From an uncultured Lysobacter sp. (lineage in GTDB: Bacteria > Pseudomonadota > Gammaproteobacteria > Xanthomonadales > Xanthomonadaceae), in NCBI GenBank assembly GCA_965650425.1, contig CBFGOS010000001.1, positions 1-41,782 of the forward strand: a stretch of DNA of 41,782 nt, read 5' to 3'. This document shows positions 9,140 to 18,202 of this stretch, in pieces. Numbering within the stretch: the first letter of the stretch is position 1; each line of letters starts with the position of its first letter. Position numbers and translations under genes: made by a program. Under the pieces are notes generated by a model. That model was not told where the DNA came from. It ran no database searches and saw only the letters and a list, made by a program, of their open reading frames with translations.

Positions 9140-11608
9140 TCAGGCGGCCGCGCGGCTGGCAAACTCGTCCGGCTTATAGCCTGCGGACCGGAGTTCCTCC
9201 GCATCGAAGTCATCGCCACTGATCGTGTCGATGGTCAGCTCGCGCAATTCCTCCAGCAGCTTGCGCTCTTCGGCGGTGATCCAGCCCTCGCGCACGCCTT
9301 CGTCCAGCTGGGCGGCGAAGTCGTGTGCCTGGATGTCGCTGTTCTTCAGCGCCTTGATGAACTTGCGTTCCACTGGCTCGGCCAGGATCGCCTTGGGCAG
9401 GTAACTGTTGATGCGACCCGCCGGGTTGTTCTCGCACGGCGTGGTGAACACGCCCACGGCCAGGCGATCGCGTGCCTCGTTGGGCGACATCAGCAGCGAG
9501 GCCACCTTGTGGCACAGGCGGTCACTCGGGTACTGCGCGCGGCGGCCGAGCGGGAACACAAGCGCCCACAGCAGCCAGCCGATCGGACGGATCGGGAAGT
9601 TGCGCAACGCACCGGAGAACGCATTCTCGATCTTGAACACCGCATTGTGGATCGACCACGCCAGCAGGGGCTGGTCGGAGGCCGGACGGCCCTCGTCCTC
9701 GTAGCGCTTGAGCAGCGCGCTGGCGATGTACAGGTTGCTGAGCACGTCGCCGAGGCGGCCCGACAGCGACTCCTTGAACTTCAGCTTGCCACCCAGCAAC
9801 AGCATCGAGGTGTCGGCCATGAGCGCCAGCGCCGCGGAGTAGCGGTTGAGCTTGCGGTAGTAGCGCCGGGTGTAGGTGTCGCCGGGAGCCTTGCCCACCT
9901 TTGCACCTGAGAGGCCGAACCACAGCGAGCGCACCGCGTTGGAGATCGCGAATCCGATGTGCCCGAACAAGGCCGCATCGAAATCGCGCAGGCGCGCGGA
10001 CGCATCCGGGTTGGTCGCGGCCTTCATTTCCTTCAGCACCCACGGGTGGCACAGGATCGCGCCCTGGCCGAAGATCATCAGCGAGCGCGTCATGATGTTC
10101 GCGCCTTCCACCGTGATGGCGATCGGCGACGCCTGCCACGCACGGCCGGCAAAGTTGCGCGGGCCGAGGATGATGCCCTTGCCGCCGATGATGTCCATCA
10201 CATCCTTGGCGACTTCGCGGCCCATCTCGGTGCAGTGGTACTTGGAGATGGTGGAGGGCACCGCCGGCAACTCGCCGCGTGCCACCGCCGCGGCCGAAGC
10301 CTCGGCCAGGGCACTGACGGTGTACGCATTGCCGCCGATGCGCGCCAGCGCCTCTTCCACGCCCTCGAAGCGACCGATCGACAGGCCGAACTGCTTGCGG
10401 ATGCGTGCATAGGCGCCCGTGGTGACCGCGCCAATCTTGGAGCCGCCGCTGGCGGTGGAGGGCAGGGTGATGGAGCGGCCGATGGACAGGCACTCCACCA
10501 GCATCTGCCAGCCCTTGCCAGCCATCGCTTCGCCACCAATCAGCTGGCTGAGCGGGATGAACACGTCCTTGCCGCGCACCGGGCCGTTCTGGAACGGACT
10601 ATTGAGCGGCATGGCGCGGCGACCGACCTCCACGCCGGCGGTGTCACGCGGCAGCAACGCCAGGGTGATGCCGATGTCCTCCTTGTCACCGATCAGCCCG
10701 TCCGGGTCATACATGCGGAAGGCCAAGCCGATCAGCGAGGCGACGGGTGCAAGCGTGATGTAGCGCTTGTCGAAAGTGAGCTTGACGCCGACCACGCGCG
10801 CGCCGTTCCAGTCGCCCATGCAGACGATGCCGTAGTCCGGGATCGAGGTGGCGTCGGAACCGGCCCACGGACCGGTCAGCGCGAAGCAGGGCACCTCGCG
10901 GCCATCGGCCAGGCGCGGCAGGTAATAGTCCTTCTGCTCCTGGGTGCCGTAGTGCATCAGCAACTCGGCCGGGCCCAGCGAGTTGGGCACGCCCACGGTG
11001 GAGCTGACCACCGAGGAGATGGAGGCCAGCTTCTGGATCACCTTGTGGTTGCCCAGCGCCGTGAAGCCCAGGCCGCCATACTCCTTCGGCACGATCATGC
11101 CGAAGAACTTGTTCTTCTTGATGTAGTCCCACAGCGCGGGCGACAGGTCGGCGTCGACGTGGGTGATCTGCCAGTCATTGGTCATCCGGCACAGCTCTTC
11201 CACCGGGCCATCGAGGAAGGCCTGTTCGTCCGGGCGCAGTGTCGGCTTGGGCTGGTTGGCGAGCACGTCCCAGTCCGGTTTGCCGGAGAACAGCTGGCCT
11301 TCCCAGCCCACCGTGCCGGCTTCCAGCGCCACGCGCTCGGTTTCCGAAAGCGGCGGCAGGATCTTGGTGTAGAAGCCCAGCAGCGGCTTGGTGATGAAGG
11401 GCAGGCGGATCTGCGGCAGCAGCAGTGGCACCGCGATCAGCGCGACGAGGGCACCCGCGACCACGGTGGCGGTGCCGTTGGCACCCAGCAACCAGCAGGC
11501 CACGAGGACCGCGGCGGTCAGTGCCGCCCAGACAGCCAGGCGAAGGCGGTGGTAGGCCGCGATCGCGCCAACCAGCAGGAAGGCGAGGAAAGGTACGGCG
11601 ATGCTCAT
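9140..11608 (-). CDS. fadE: acyl-CoA dehydrogenase FadE (long form)
   Basis: 822 aa, N-terminal TM, PCFALTGPWAGSDA, KRYITLAP, RKQFG, ITVEGANIMTR. Confidence 0.93.
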   Translation of the reverse strand: MSIAVPFLAFLLVGAIAAYHRLRLAVWAALTAAVLVACWLLGANGTATVVAGALVALIAVPLLLPQIRLPFITKPLLGFYTKILPPLSETERVALEAGTVGWEGQLFSGKPDWDVLANQPKPTLRPDEQAFLDGPVEELCRMTNDWQITHVDADLSPALWDYIKKNKFFGMIVPKEYGGLGFTALGNHKVIQKLASISSVVSSTVGVPNSLGPAELLMHYGTQEQKDYYLPRLADGREVPCFALTGPWAGSDATSIPDYGIVCMGDWNGARVVGVKLTFDKRYITLAPVASLIGLAFRMYDPDGLIGDKEDIGITLALLPRDTAGVEVGRRAMPLNSPFQNGPVRGKDVFIPLSQLIGGEAMAGKGWQMLVECLSIGRSITLPSTASGGSKIGAVTTGAYARIRKQFGLSIGRFEGVEEALARIGGNAYTVSALAEASAAAVARGELPAVPSTISKYHCTEMGREVAKDVMDIIGGKGIILGPRNFAGRAWQASPIAITVEGANIMTRSLMIFGQGAILCHPWVLKEMKAATNPDASARLRDFDAALFGHIGFAISNAVRSLWFGLSGAKVGKAPGDTYTRRYYRKLNRYSAALALMADTSMLLLGGKLKFKESLSGRLGDVLSNLYIASALLKRYEDEGRPASDQPLLAWSIHNAVFKIENAFSGALRNFPIRPIGWLLWALVFPLGRRAQYPSDRLCHKVASLLMSPNEARDRLAVGVFTTPCENNPAGRINSYLPKAILAEPVERKFIKALKNSDIQAHDFAAQLDEGVREGWITAEERKLLEELRELTIDTISGDDFDAEELRSAGYKPDEFASRAAA

Positions 11609-11730
11609 CGTGGTGCTCCGGCGGGCGCCTGGCCCGCTGCTTCAGACAGGGTCGATGTGAAGGTCCGGCGGCACAGGTCCAATGTGGGTCCGAAAGGAGA
11701 GGGGTGCAACCGCAGGTCGCCCTCACTCAT
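11605..11730 (-). CDS. putative 41-aa small ORF coupled to fadE
   Basis: MSEGDLRLHPSPFGPTLDLCRRTFTSTLSEAAGQAPAGAPR*; stop overlaps fadE start (ATGA); no clear SD. Confidence 0.35.
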   Translation of the reverse strand: MSEGDLRLHPSPFGPTLDLCRRTFTSTLSEAAGQAPAGAPR

Positions 11731-11754
11731 TCAAACGCTGGCATCAAACAAGTA

Positions 11755-11795
11755 CCATACGACCGAGTATGGAATCGCCGATTTACCCCTGTCAA
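11755..11795 (-). promoter_or_regulatory. fadE promoter with overlapping palindromic operator
   Basis: Minus-strand TTGACA (11795-11790)-N18-CATACT; palindrome CCATAC-N6-GTATGG at 11755-11772 covers the -10/+1 region. Confidence 0.6.
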
Positions 11796-11855
11796 CTGGT
11801 CCGATGGTGCACTGCAATACTGCTTTGGCCCAAGCCGACCGTTTAGAATTGTCAG

Positions 11856-12446
11856 ATGAACGATGCTGAATTGAGCAAGCCCGAGCGCAGCGGGCGCCTG
11901 AGCGCCGACGACTGGGCCCAGGCCGCGCTGGACATGATTGCCGAGCAGGGTGTCGCAGCCGTGGCGGTGGAACCGCTGGCCCGTCGCCTTGGCGTCACCA
12001 AGGGCAGCTTCTACTGGCACTTCCCGTCGAGGGATGCGTTGCTGGTCGCCGCGCTGGAGCGTTGGGAAAAGCTGGAACTGGAGACCGTCTGGGGCCAGCT
12101 GGAAGCGGTGCCCGACCCGCGCCAGCGCCTGCGTGCCCTGTTCGAAATGGTCGCGCACGAGTTCAAGTCGCACGTCATCTATTCCGAACTGCTCAAGGCG
12201 GCGGACAACCCTGCCGTCCAGCCGGTCATCGGCCGGGTGTCCGAGCGCCGCCTGGACTACCTGACCGCCGCGTTCCGCCAGGCCGGATTGGCCCGAACGG
12301 ACGCCCAGCACCGCGCGCGCCTGGCCTATTCGGCCTACGTCGGGTTCCTGCAGCTCAACCTGCAGCTGCACCAGACCCGCATGCAACACGATGAGTTCGA
12401 GGCCTATGTCGAGCACATGATGGCCACGCTCATCCCCGCCGCCTGA
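11856..12446 (+). CDS. TetR/AcrR family regulator divergent from fadE (TfmR-like position)
   Basis: LARRLGVTKGSFYWHF HTH; TAGAAT -10 at 11844-11849 just before the ATG suggests a leaderless mRNA. Confidence 0.9.
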   Translation: MNDAELSKPERSGRLSADDWAQAALDMIAEQGVAAVAVEPLARRLGVTKGSFYWHFPSRDALLVAALERWEKLELETVWGQLEAVPDPRQRLRALFEMVAHEFKSHVIYSELLKAADNPAVQPVIGRVSERRLDYLTAAFRQAGLARTDAQHRARLAYSAYVGFLQLNLQLHQTRMQHDEFEAYVEHMMATLIPAA

Positions 12447-12489
12447 ATTTTTCCTGTTAGTTCCGCCCGCAAGGGCCGGAGGAGTATCC

Positions 12490-14298
12490 GTGAACGCATC
12501 CACCCAAGACCTTTCCTTCTCCTCGACCGTCGAAGGAGGGGCCGGCGGCAGCCGCCTGCCGGCGTTGAACGACTGGGTGGCCCAGGTCGCGGCGCTGACC
12601 CGTCCGGCCGCGATCCACTGGTGCGATGGCAGCGATGCCGAGAACGAGGCGCTCACTGCCCGGATGCTGGCCGATGGCACCCTGCACAAACTCAACGAAG
12701 AGACCCATCCGGGCAGCTACCTGCACCGCTCGCACCCGGATGACGTCGCCCGCGTGGAGCACCTGACCTTCGTCTGCACCACGCACCACGAGGACGCGGG
12801 CCCGAACAACAACTGGATGGCGCCGGAAGAGGGCCATGCCGAGATGGACGCGCTGTTCGATGGCTGCATGCAGGGCCGCACCATGTACGTGATCCCGTAC
12901 TGCATGGGCCCGATCGATTCGCCGCTGTCGCGTTGCGGCGTCGAGATCACCGACAGCCCGTACGTGGTCGCCAACATGCGCATCATGACCCGCATGGGCG
13001 CCCCGGCGCTGGCGCGCATCGAGCGCGAGGGCACGTTCGTGAAGGGCCTGCACTCCATCGGCGAGCTGGACCCGAACCGCCGCTTCATCATGCATTTCCC
13101 CGAGGAACTGACGATCAAGTCGTACGGCTCGGGCTACGGCGGCAATGCGCTGCTGGGCAAGAAGTGCCACGCACTGCGCATCGCGTCGCACCAGGCCAAG
13201 TCGGAAGGCTGGCTGGCCGAACACATGCTGATCCTCGGCATCGAGAACCCGCAGGGCGAAACCCACTACGTTGCCGCGGCCTTCCCGTCGGCCTGCGGCA
13301 AGACCAACCTGGCCATGCTGATCCCGCCGGAGGGCTACCGCAACGCCGGCTGGAAGGTGTGGACCATCGGCGACGACATCTGCTGGATGCGCCCGGGCGC
13401 CGACGGCCGCCTGTACGCGATCAACCCGGAGGCCGGCTTCTTCGGCGTGGCCCCGGGCACGTCGCGTAACTCCAACGCCAACGCGCTGGCGTCGATCCAG
13501 AGCAGCACCATCTTCACCAACGTGGGCGTCACCGCCGACAACCAGCCGTGGTGGGAAGGTCTTGAGAATGGCCAGACGCCGGTGATCGACTGGCGCGGCA
13601 ACCCGTACGACCCGGCCAAGGGTCCCGCGGCGCACCCCAACTCGCGTTTCACCGTGAGTGCCAAGCAGTGCCCGTCGTACTCCCCGATGGCCGAGGACCC
13701 GCAGGGTGTGCCGATCTCGGCGATCGTGTTCGGCGGCCGCCGCGCATCGCTGGTGCCGCTGGTGTTCGAGGCCCGTGACTGGACCCACGGCGTTCTCGTC
13801 GGTGCCGCGATGGGCTCCGAAACGACCGCCGCCGCCACCGGTGCGGTTGGCGTGATGCGCCGCGACCCGATGGCGATGAAGCCGTTCTGCGGCTACAACT
13901 TCGCCGACTATTTCAGCCATTGGCTGTCGTTCGACAAGGAAGGCGCCCAGCTGCCGAAGGTCTTCCACGTCAACTGGTTCCGCAAGGGCGACAACGGCAA
14001 ATTCCTGTGGCCGGGCTTTGGCGACAACCTGCGCGTGCTGGAGTGGATGATCCAGCGCGTGAAGGGCGAGGCCGACGCGGTCGAGACGCCGATCGGCGCG
14101 CTGCCTGCGGAAGGCGCGCTCAATCTGGACGGCATCACGCTGGACGAGGAGGCCAAGGCCAAGCTGTTCGGCTTCGACCGCGCCGCGTGGGAGGCTGAAT
14201 TCGCCAGCATCGGCGAATACCTGGACGAGTACGGCCCGCGCATGCCGCAGGCGCTGAAGGATGAGCAGCAGCGCATCGCAGGACTGTTGGCCGACTGA
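12490..14298 (+). CDS. pckG: phosphoenolpyruvate carboxykinase (GTP)
   Basis: GSGYGGNALLGKKC, AFPSACGKTNLAM, GDDI, HPNSRF, NWFRK; GGAG RBS before GTG. Confidence 0.95.
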   Translation: MNASTQDLSFSSTVEGGAGGSRLPALNDWVAQVAALTRPAAIHWCDGSDAENEALTARMLADGTLHKLNEETHPGSYLHRSHPDDVARVEHLTFVCTTHHEDAGPNNNWMAPEEGHAEMDALFDGCMQGRTMYVIPYCMGPIDSPLSRCGVEITDSPYVVANMRIMTRMGAPALARIEREGTFVKGLHSIGELDPNRRFIMHFPEELTIKSYGSGYGGNALLGKKCHALRIASHQAKSEGWLAEHMLILGIENPQGETHYVAAAFPSACGKTNLAMLIPPEGYRNAGWKVWTIGDDICWMRPGADGRLYAINPEAGFFGVAPGTSRNSNANALASIQSSTIFTNVGVTADNQPWWEGLENGQTPVIDWRGNPYDPAKGPAAHPNSRFTVSAKQCPSYSPMAEDPQGVPISAIVFGGRRASLVPLVFEARDWTHGVLVGAAMGSETTAAATGAVGVMRRDPMAMKPFCGYNFADYFSHWLSFDKEGAQLPKVFHVNWFRKGDNGKFLWPGFGDNLRVLEWMIQRVKGEADAVETPIGALPAEGALNLDGITLDEEAKAKLFGFDRAAWEAEFASIGEYLDEYGPRMPQALKDEQQRIAGLLAD

Positions 14299-14301
14299 CG
14301 C

Positions 14302-14889
14302 ATGCAAGGCTCGGACGCCGCTTCGCCGCCGCTGGTGCCCTCGCGCGAGGTGCTGATCGACGGCCTGCGCCTGAAGGTGTTCGACGGCTACCTGGAAAGC
14401 GCGGGCGCGCATTTTGAAGCGCTTTCCAAGGCGGGCTTCACCCGGACCGAGGTGGCCCGCCCGGACACGGTGGGATACAAGCACTGGGTCAACGAAGTGA
14501 GGTTGGAGGCCCTGGTGCGCCAGCCGATCTTCGAGCTCAGCATGCGGGCCACGCAATCTTTCGCCCAGACCGGGGAAACCTTCCGGCCTTACCGGGCCTA
14601 CACCAATGTCGCCAGTTACGGTGACATGCTGTTCACCCACACTGACTGCCTGCCGGGCATGGGCGACCTGACGGCCCTCTGGTACATCTGCGATGAGTGG
14701 GACATCGAGTGGGGCGGCGAGACGGTCTTCTATGACCAGCACGGCGAACTGGTAGCGGCGGCGCGGCCACGTCCGGGGCGCCTGGTGGTGTTCGATGGGG
14801 CGATCCTCCATGCGGGGCGTCCTCCCAGCCGGATCTGCTACAAGCCGCGCTACACCTTTGCGATCAAGTTCGAGCGGATCACCCGATGA
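14302..14889 (+). CDS. 2OG-Fe(II) oxygenase (prolyl-hydroxylase-like)
   Basis: HTD (HxD), WGGET, PGRLVVFDG..LH, distal RYT. Confidence 0.85.
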   Translation: MQGSDAASPPLVPSREVLIDGLRLKVFDGYLESAGAHFEALSKAGFTRTEVARPDTVGYKHWVNEVRLEALVRQPIFELSMRATQSFAQTGETFRPYRAYTNVASYGDMLFTHTDCLPGMGDLTALWYICDEWDIEWGGETVFYDQHGELVAAARPRPGRLVVFDGAILHAGRPPSRICYKPRYTFAIKFERITR

Positions 14890-15920
14890 CGGCGGTGGGC
14901 GCAGTGCGGGCCGCGGTCGACTGGTCGAACCCGGCATGGTTTGCCGCTGACCTGGACGTTCGCGGTGGGCGGATCGCGATGCTGCGGATCGAGCCGGACG
15001 TGGTGGAGCGCTCCACCTTCATGGACACGCGTATCGCGGCAGACCTGAGGCAATCCCTGCCGTTTGGTGCGGCAGACGTCCCAAGCCACTTGGACGAAGT
15101 GCCGCCGCCTGCCTGGCTCTTCCATACGTCGTTCTGTGGCTCGACGCTGCTGTCCCGCGCACTGCACGATCACCCGCGCACCGTGGTCTACCGTGAGCCG
15201 CTGGTGTTGCGACGCTTGGCCGATGCCCGCCAAGAGGGGCTGACGCTGGGCTCATGGGTCAAGACGTGCACGGAGCTGCTCGCGCGCCCGTGGATGCCGG
15301 GTGGCGGGATCGTGGTCAAGCCCACGCATGGTGCGCTGAACATCGCGGCAGACCTGATGACCGCGGTTCCGGGCGCCCGGGCCGTCGCGGTTACGTCCTC
15401 GCTCGAGGATTTCCTGGTCTCCCATTTCAAGAAGCCCCGCGAAACGCTGCTCATGGTGCCGGAGCTGTGCAAACGGCTGCTGGGCGTGGCCAGTACCGCG
15501 CCGAACTATCCCGAAGCGGCGCTTGCTCCGCCGTCGCTGCTGGCCGCGGTCGGGCTGCAGTGGGCGCTGCAGCGCGAAGTGCTGCTGGATATTGCGTTGG
15601 CCCATCCAGATCGGCTTCGCATCGTGGACATGCATCGGCTGCTCGAATCGTTGCCGGAAGTGGCGCAAGCATTCCTTGCGTGGACGCGAATCGGGCATGA
15701 CGCCGGAACCGTGCGGTCTCGCGCCATCCAGATCGCCGGCCAGCATGCCAAGGCGCCGGGGCGAGCGTTCAACGCGCGGGACCGGGAAAAGGAGTCACAG
15801 ATGCTCAGGCACGCGTATGCCGGCGAACTGGCCGCCGCGATGCAGTGGGTGGAAACCCAGATCCTGCCGCATGTGCGCCCCGGCGCCGTCGAGCTCGCAT
15901 CGGCCGAGTTCGCGTTGTGA
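14886..15920 (+). CDS. atypical sulfotransferase-fold protein
   Basis: LFHTSFCGSTLLSRAL (5'-PSB-like loop), YREP, VVKP, SLEDFLVS (3'-PB-like); ATGA overlap with upstream oxygenase. Confidence 0.6.
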   Translation: MTAVGAVRAAVDWSNPAWFAADLDVRGGRIAMLRIEPDVVERSTFMDTRIAADLRQSLPFGAADVPSHLDEVPPPAWLFHTSFCGSTLLSRALHDHPRTVVYREPLVLRRLADARQEGLTLGSWVKTCTELLARPWMPGGGIVVKPTHGALNIAADLMTAVPGARAVAVTSSLEDFLVSHFKKPRETLLMVPELCKRLLGVASTAPNYPEAALAPPSLLAAVGLQWALQREVLLDIALAHPDRLRIVDMHRLLESLPEVAQAFLAWTRIGHDAGTVRSRAIQIAGQHAKAPGRAFNARDREKESQMLRHAYAGELAAAMQWVETQILPHVRPGAVELASAEFAL

Positions 15921-17494
15921 GCGGACAGGCCGACCGGCACTGGCAGGAGGGTGAGCGCGCGGTGGCGTCGGGCAACCTCGCGATGGCCCGGCGTGCCTAT
16001 GCCGCAGCGCTGGCCGAGGCGCCGAGACATGTGCCCTCGCTGCTGGGAATGTCGCAAGTGGCAGGGCGACTTGGCAGCCACCGGGAAGCGCTTGCGGCCA
16101 CGATGGCCGCATTCCATGCTTCCCCACAGGCCGCTCCGCTCCTGTTCGGGTTGGCCCGCCGGCTTCGGCACTTCAACGAATACGAAGCGCTTTGCGAATG
16201 CCTCGCTCACCCACGGTTCGCGGCGGATGCGCCGGCCCAGGCGATGGCCGAGGCCGCGGTCATGCTCAGCTCCATCGGTGCGAATTCCCAGGCCAGGGCG
16301 CTTGTGGAAAAGGCGATCCAGAAGGCTCCCGGGCACGCGGCCTCCCATTACGTCCGTGGCAACCTGCGGGCCTTTGCCGGTGAGTTCGAATTGGCGGACG
16401 AGGACTATGCGCGCGGCCTGACACTGGACCCGCGCCTGTTCCAGTGCTCGTGGATGCGCGCGGGTCTGCGCACCCAGACCGCGACCTCCAACCATGTCGA
16501 CCTGCTTCGACGACAGCTGCGGTCCGCGACGCCCGGCGGGATGGGCGAGGTCTACCTCCAGTACGCCCTCCACAAGGAGTTGCATGACCTGGGCGACTAC
16601 GCCGAGGCATGGATAGCCCTGGAAAAGGGCAATGCGATCAAACGCAGCCTGGTGAAGTTTGATGCCGGCGAGAGCGAGCGTCTTCTCGCTGGGCTGGCCG
16701 AGCTCTGCGATCGCACCTTCTGTACTTCGGGCGGGCAGGCCTCGCAGGGCGCGACGCCCATCTTCATCGTAGGCATGTACCGTTCGGGCACGACGCTGCT
16801 CGAGCGTATCCTGGCCGGCCATGACGAGGTTGCGGACGCGGGTGAGACCTACGCCTTCGCAGAGCAGATGCGTCGGGCCACTGACCATGCCACGAGCGGT
16901 CCGCTGGACGGCGAGCTGCTGCGCCGGGCCCGGGAGTGCGATTACGCCGCCGTCGGGCGCGGGTACGCCGACGCGTCGCGATGGCTGTCGCGGGGCAAGG
17001 GATGGTTCACCGAGAAATTGCCGGCCAACTTCCAGCTGATGGGGTTCATCGCCAAGGCGGTGCCGTCGGCCCGGTTCCTGCACATGCAGCGCGACCCGAT
17101 GGATACGTGCTTCTCGAATCTGCGCACCCTGTTCTCGGATGCCGCCGCGTATTCCTATCGCCAGGATGAACTGGTGGGGTACTACAAGGGGTACCGTCGC
17201 CTGATGGATCACTGGCGCGACGTCCTACCCGGGCGGATGCTGGATGTGGACTACCGGCAACTGGTGCTTGAGCCCGAAGTGCAGGCCCGTCGGATCGCGG
17301 ATTTCTGTGGGCTGGACTACCGCCCGGCCATGGTCGAGGTGCAGCGTGAAGGCGGCGACGTGGCGACCGCCAGCGTTGCACAGGTTCGGGGCGGGATCAG
17401 TACGCAGCGACGCGAGGCGTGGAGGCCCTACGAAGCCTGGCTGGGCCCCATGATCGAAGGCCTCAGGGATCCTTGCTGCCAAACCAGCAATTGA
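15917..17494 (+). CDS. TPR-containing sulfotransferase
   Basis: N-terminal TPR-like helices; PIFIVGMYRSGTTLLE, TEKLP, RDPMDTCFS, ATASVAQVR; GTG 15917 overlaps upstream TGA. Confidence 0.88.
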   Translation: MSGQADRHWQEGERAVASGNLAMARRAYAAALAEAPRHVPSLLGMSQVAGRLGSHREALAATMAAFHASPQAAPLLFGLARRLRHFNEYEALCECLAHPRFAADAPAQAMAEAAVMLSSIGANSQARALVEKAIQKAPGHAASHYVRGNLRAFAGEFELADEDYARGLTLDPRLFQCSWMRAGLRTQTATSNHVDLLRRQLRSATPGGMGEVYLQYALHKELHDLGDYAEAWIALEKGNAIKRSLVKFDAGESERLLAGLAELCDRTFCTSGGQASQGATPIFIVGMYRSGTTLLERILAGHDEVADAGETYAFAEQMRRATDHATSGPLDGELLRRARECDYAAVGRGYADASRWLSRGKGWFTEKLPANFQLMGFIAKAVPSARFLHMQRDPMDTCFSNLRTLFSDAAAYSYRQDELVGYYKGYRRLMDHWRDVLPGRMLDVDYRQLVLEPEVQARRIADFCGLDYRPAMVEVQREGGDVATASVAQVRGGISTQRREAWRPYEAWLGPMIEGLRDPCCQTSN

Positions 17495-18122
17495 ATGCGA
17501 CGGTGATGCGCTCGTCGTCCCCGTGGAAGGGCAGCACCTCGTGCTGCACCCAGGAGGGGAACAGCACCAGCTGCCCCGGCTGAAGGCGGATGCTCCAGGT
17601 ACCGTGGTGGTACGGTGCACGCAACTTGGCGTTGCCGGCATCCATGAAATAGTTGCTGTAATGATGCGGGTTGTGGAAGCGCAGCACGCCCGATTCGGGA
17701 TAGTCCTCTGGCGTCGTGCCGGGATCCACGCAGTACACCCCCGACCACGACGCCATGGGATGGGTGTGCAGGATCGTGAACCCGCCCTTGCGGGTGACGT
17801 GATACCAGGTGTGTGAGTAGATCTGCAGCGCTGCCATTTCACGCGCGCCGTAACCGTTGAGCTCGGCAATGGCCTGGCCCAGGGACTCCCAGCAGAAGCG
17901 CTTCAGTTCCTGCACGCACGCCTCCGGCCAGGAGAACAGCTCGAAGTCGCTCTCGAACACGCCGCGTTGCTGTTTCAGGGACGGATGGGGATTGGCATAG
18001 CGCGTGCCCTCCGCTTCCCGGGCCAGCAGGAGCTGCTTGAGTTCCCCATTGAGCGCTTCGGCGTTCGGATGTCGCCGTTGGCCGAAGGGGACGGAAAAGG
18101 CAGGGTAGATCTCGACGGTCAT
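17463..18122 (-). CDS. putative 2OG-Fe(II) oxygenase (TIGR02466-like, HxH type)
   Basis: HTHPMASWSGVYCV, PGQLVLFPSWVQHEVLP, RITVAFN. Confidence 0.82.
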   Translation of the reverse strand: MTVEIYPAFSVPFGQRRHPNAEALNGELKQLLLAREAEGTRYANPHPSLKQQRGVFESDFELFSWPEACVQELKRFCWESLGQAIAELNGYGAREMAALQIYSHTWYHVTRKGGFTILHTHPMASWSGVYCVDPGTTPEDYPESGVLRFHNPHHYSNYFMDAGNAKLRAPYHHGTWSIRLQPGQLVLFPSWVQHEVLPFHGDDERITVAFNCWFGSKDP

Positions 18123-18150
18123 GGTGGTGACTGACGTGGCGGGGGTCCGG

Positions 18151-18180
18151 AAAAAACTACGGCCCCTTTCGGGGCCGTAG
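18151..18180 (-). terminator. intrinsic terminator after TonB-dependent receptor
   Basis: Minus strand CTACGGCCCC-GAAA-GGGGCCGTAG followed by T6. Confidence 0.88.
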
Positions 18181-18202
18181 CAGAATACCTCGTTCAGCCA
18201 GA

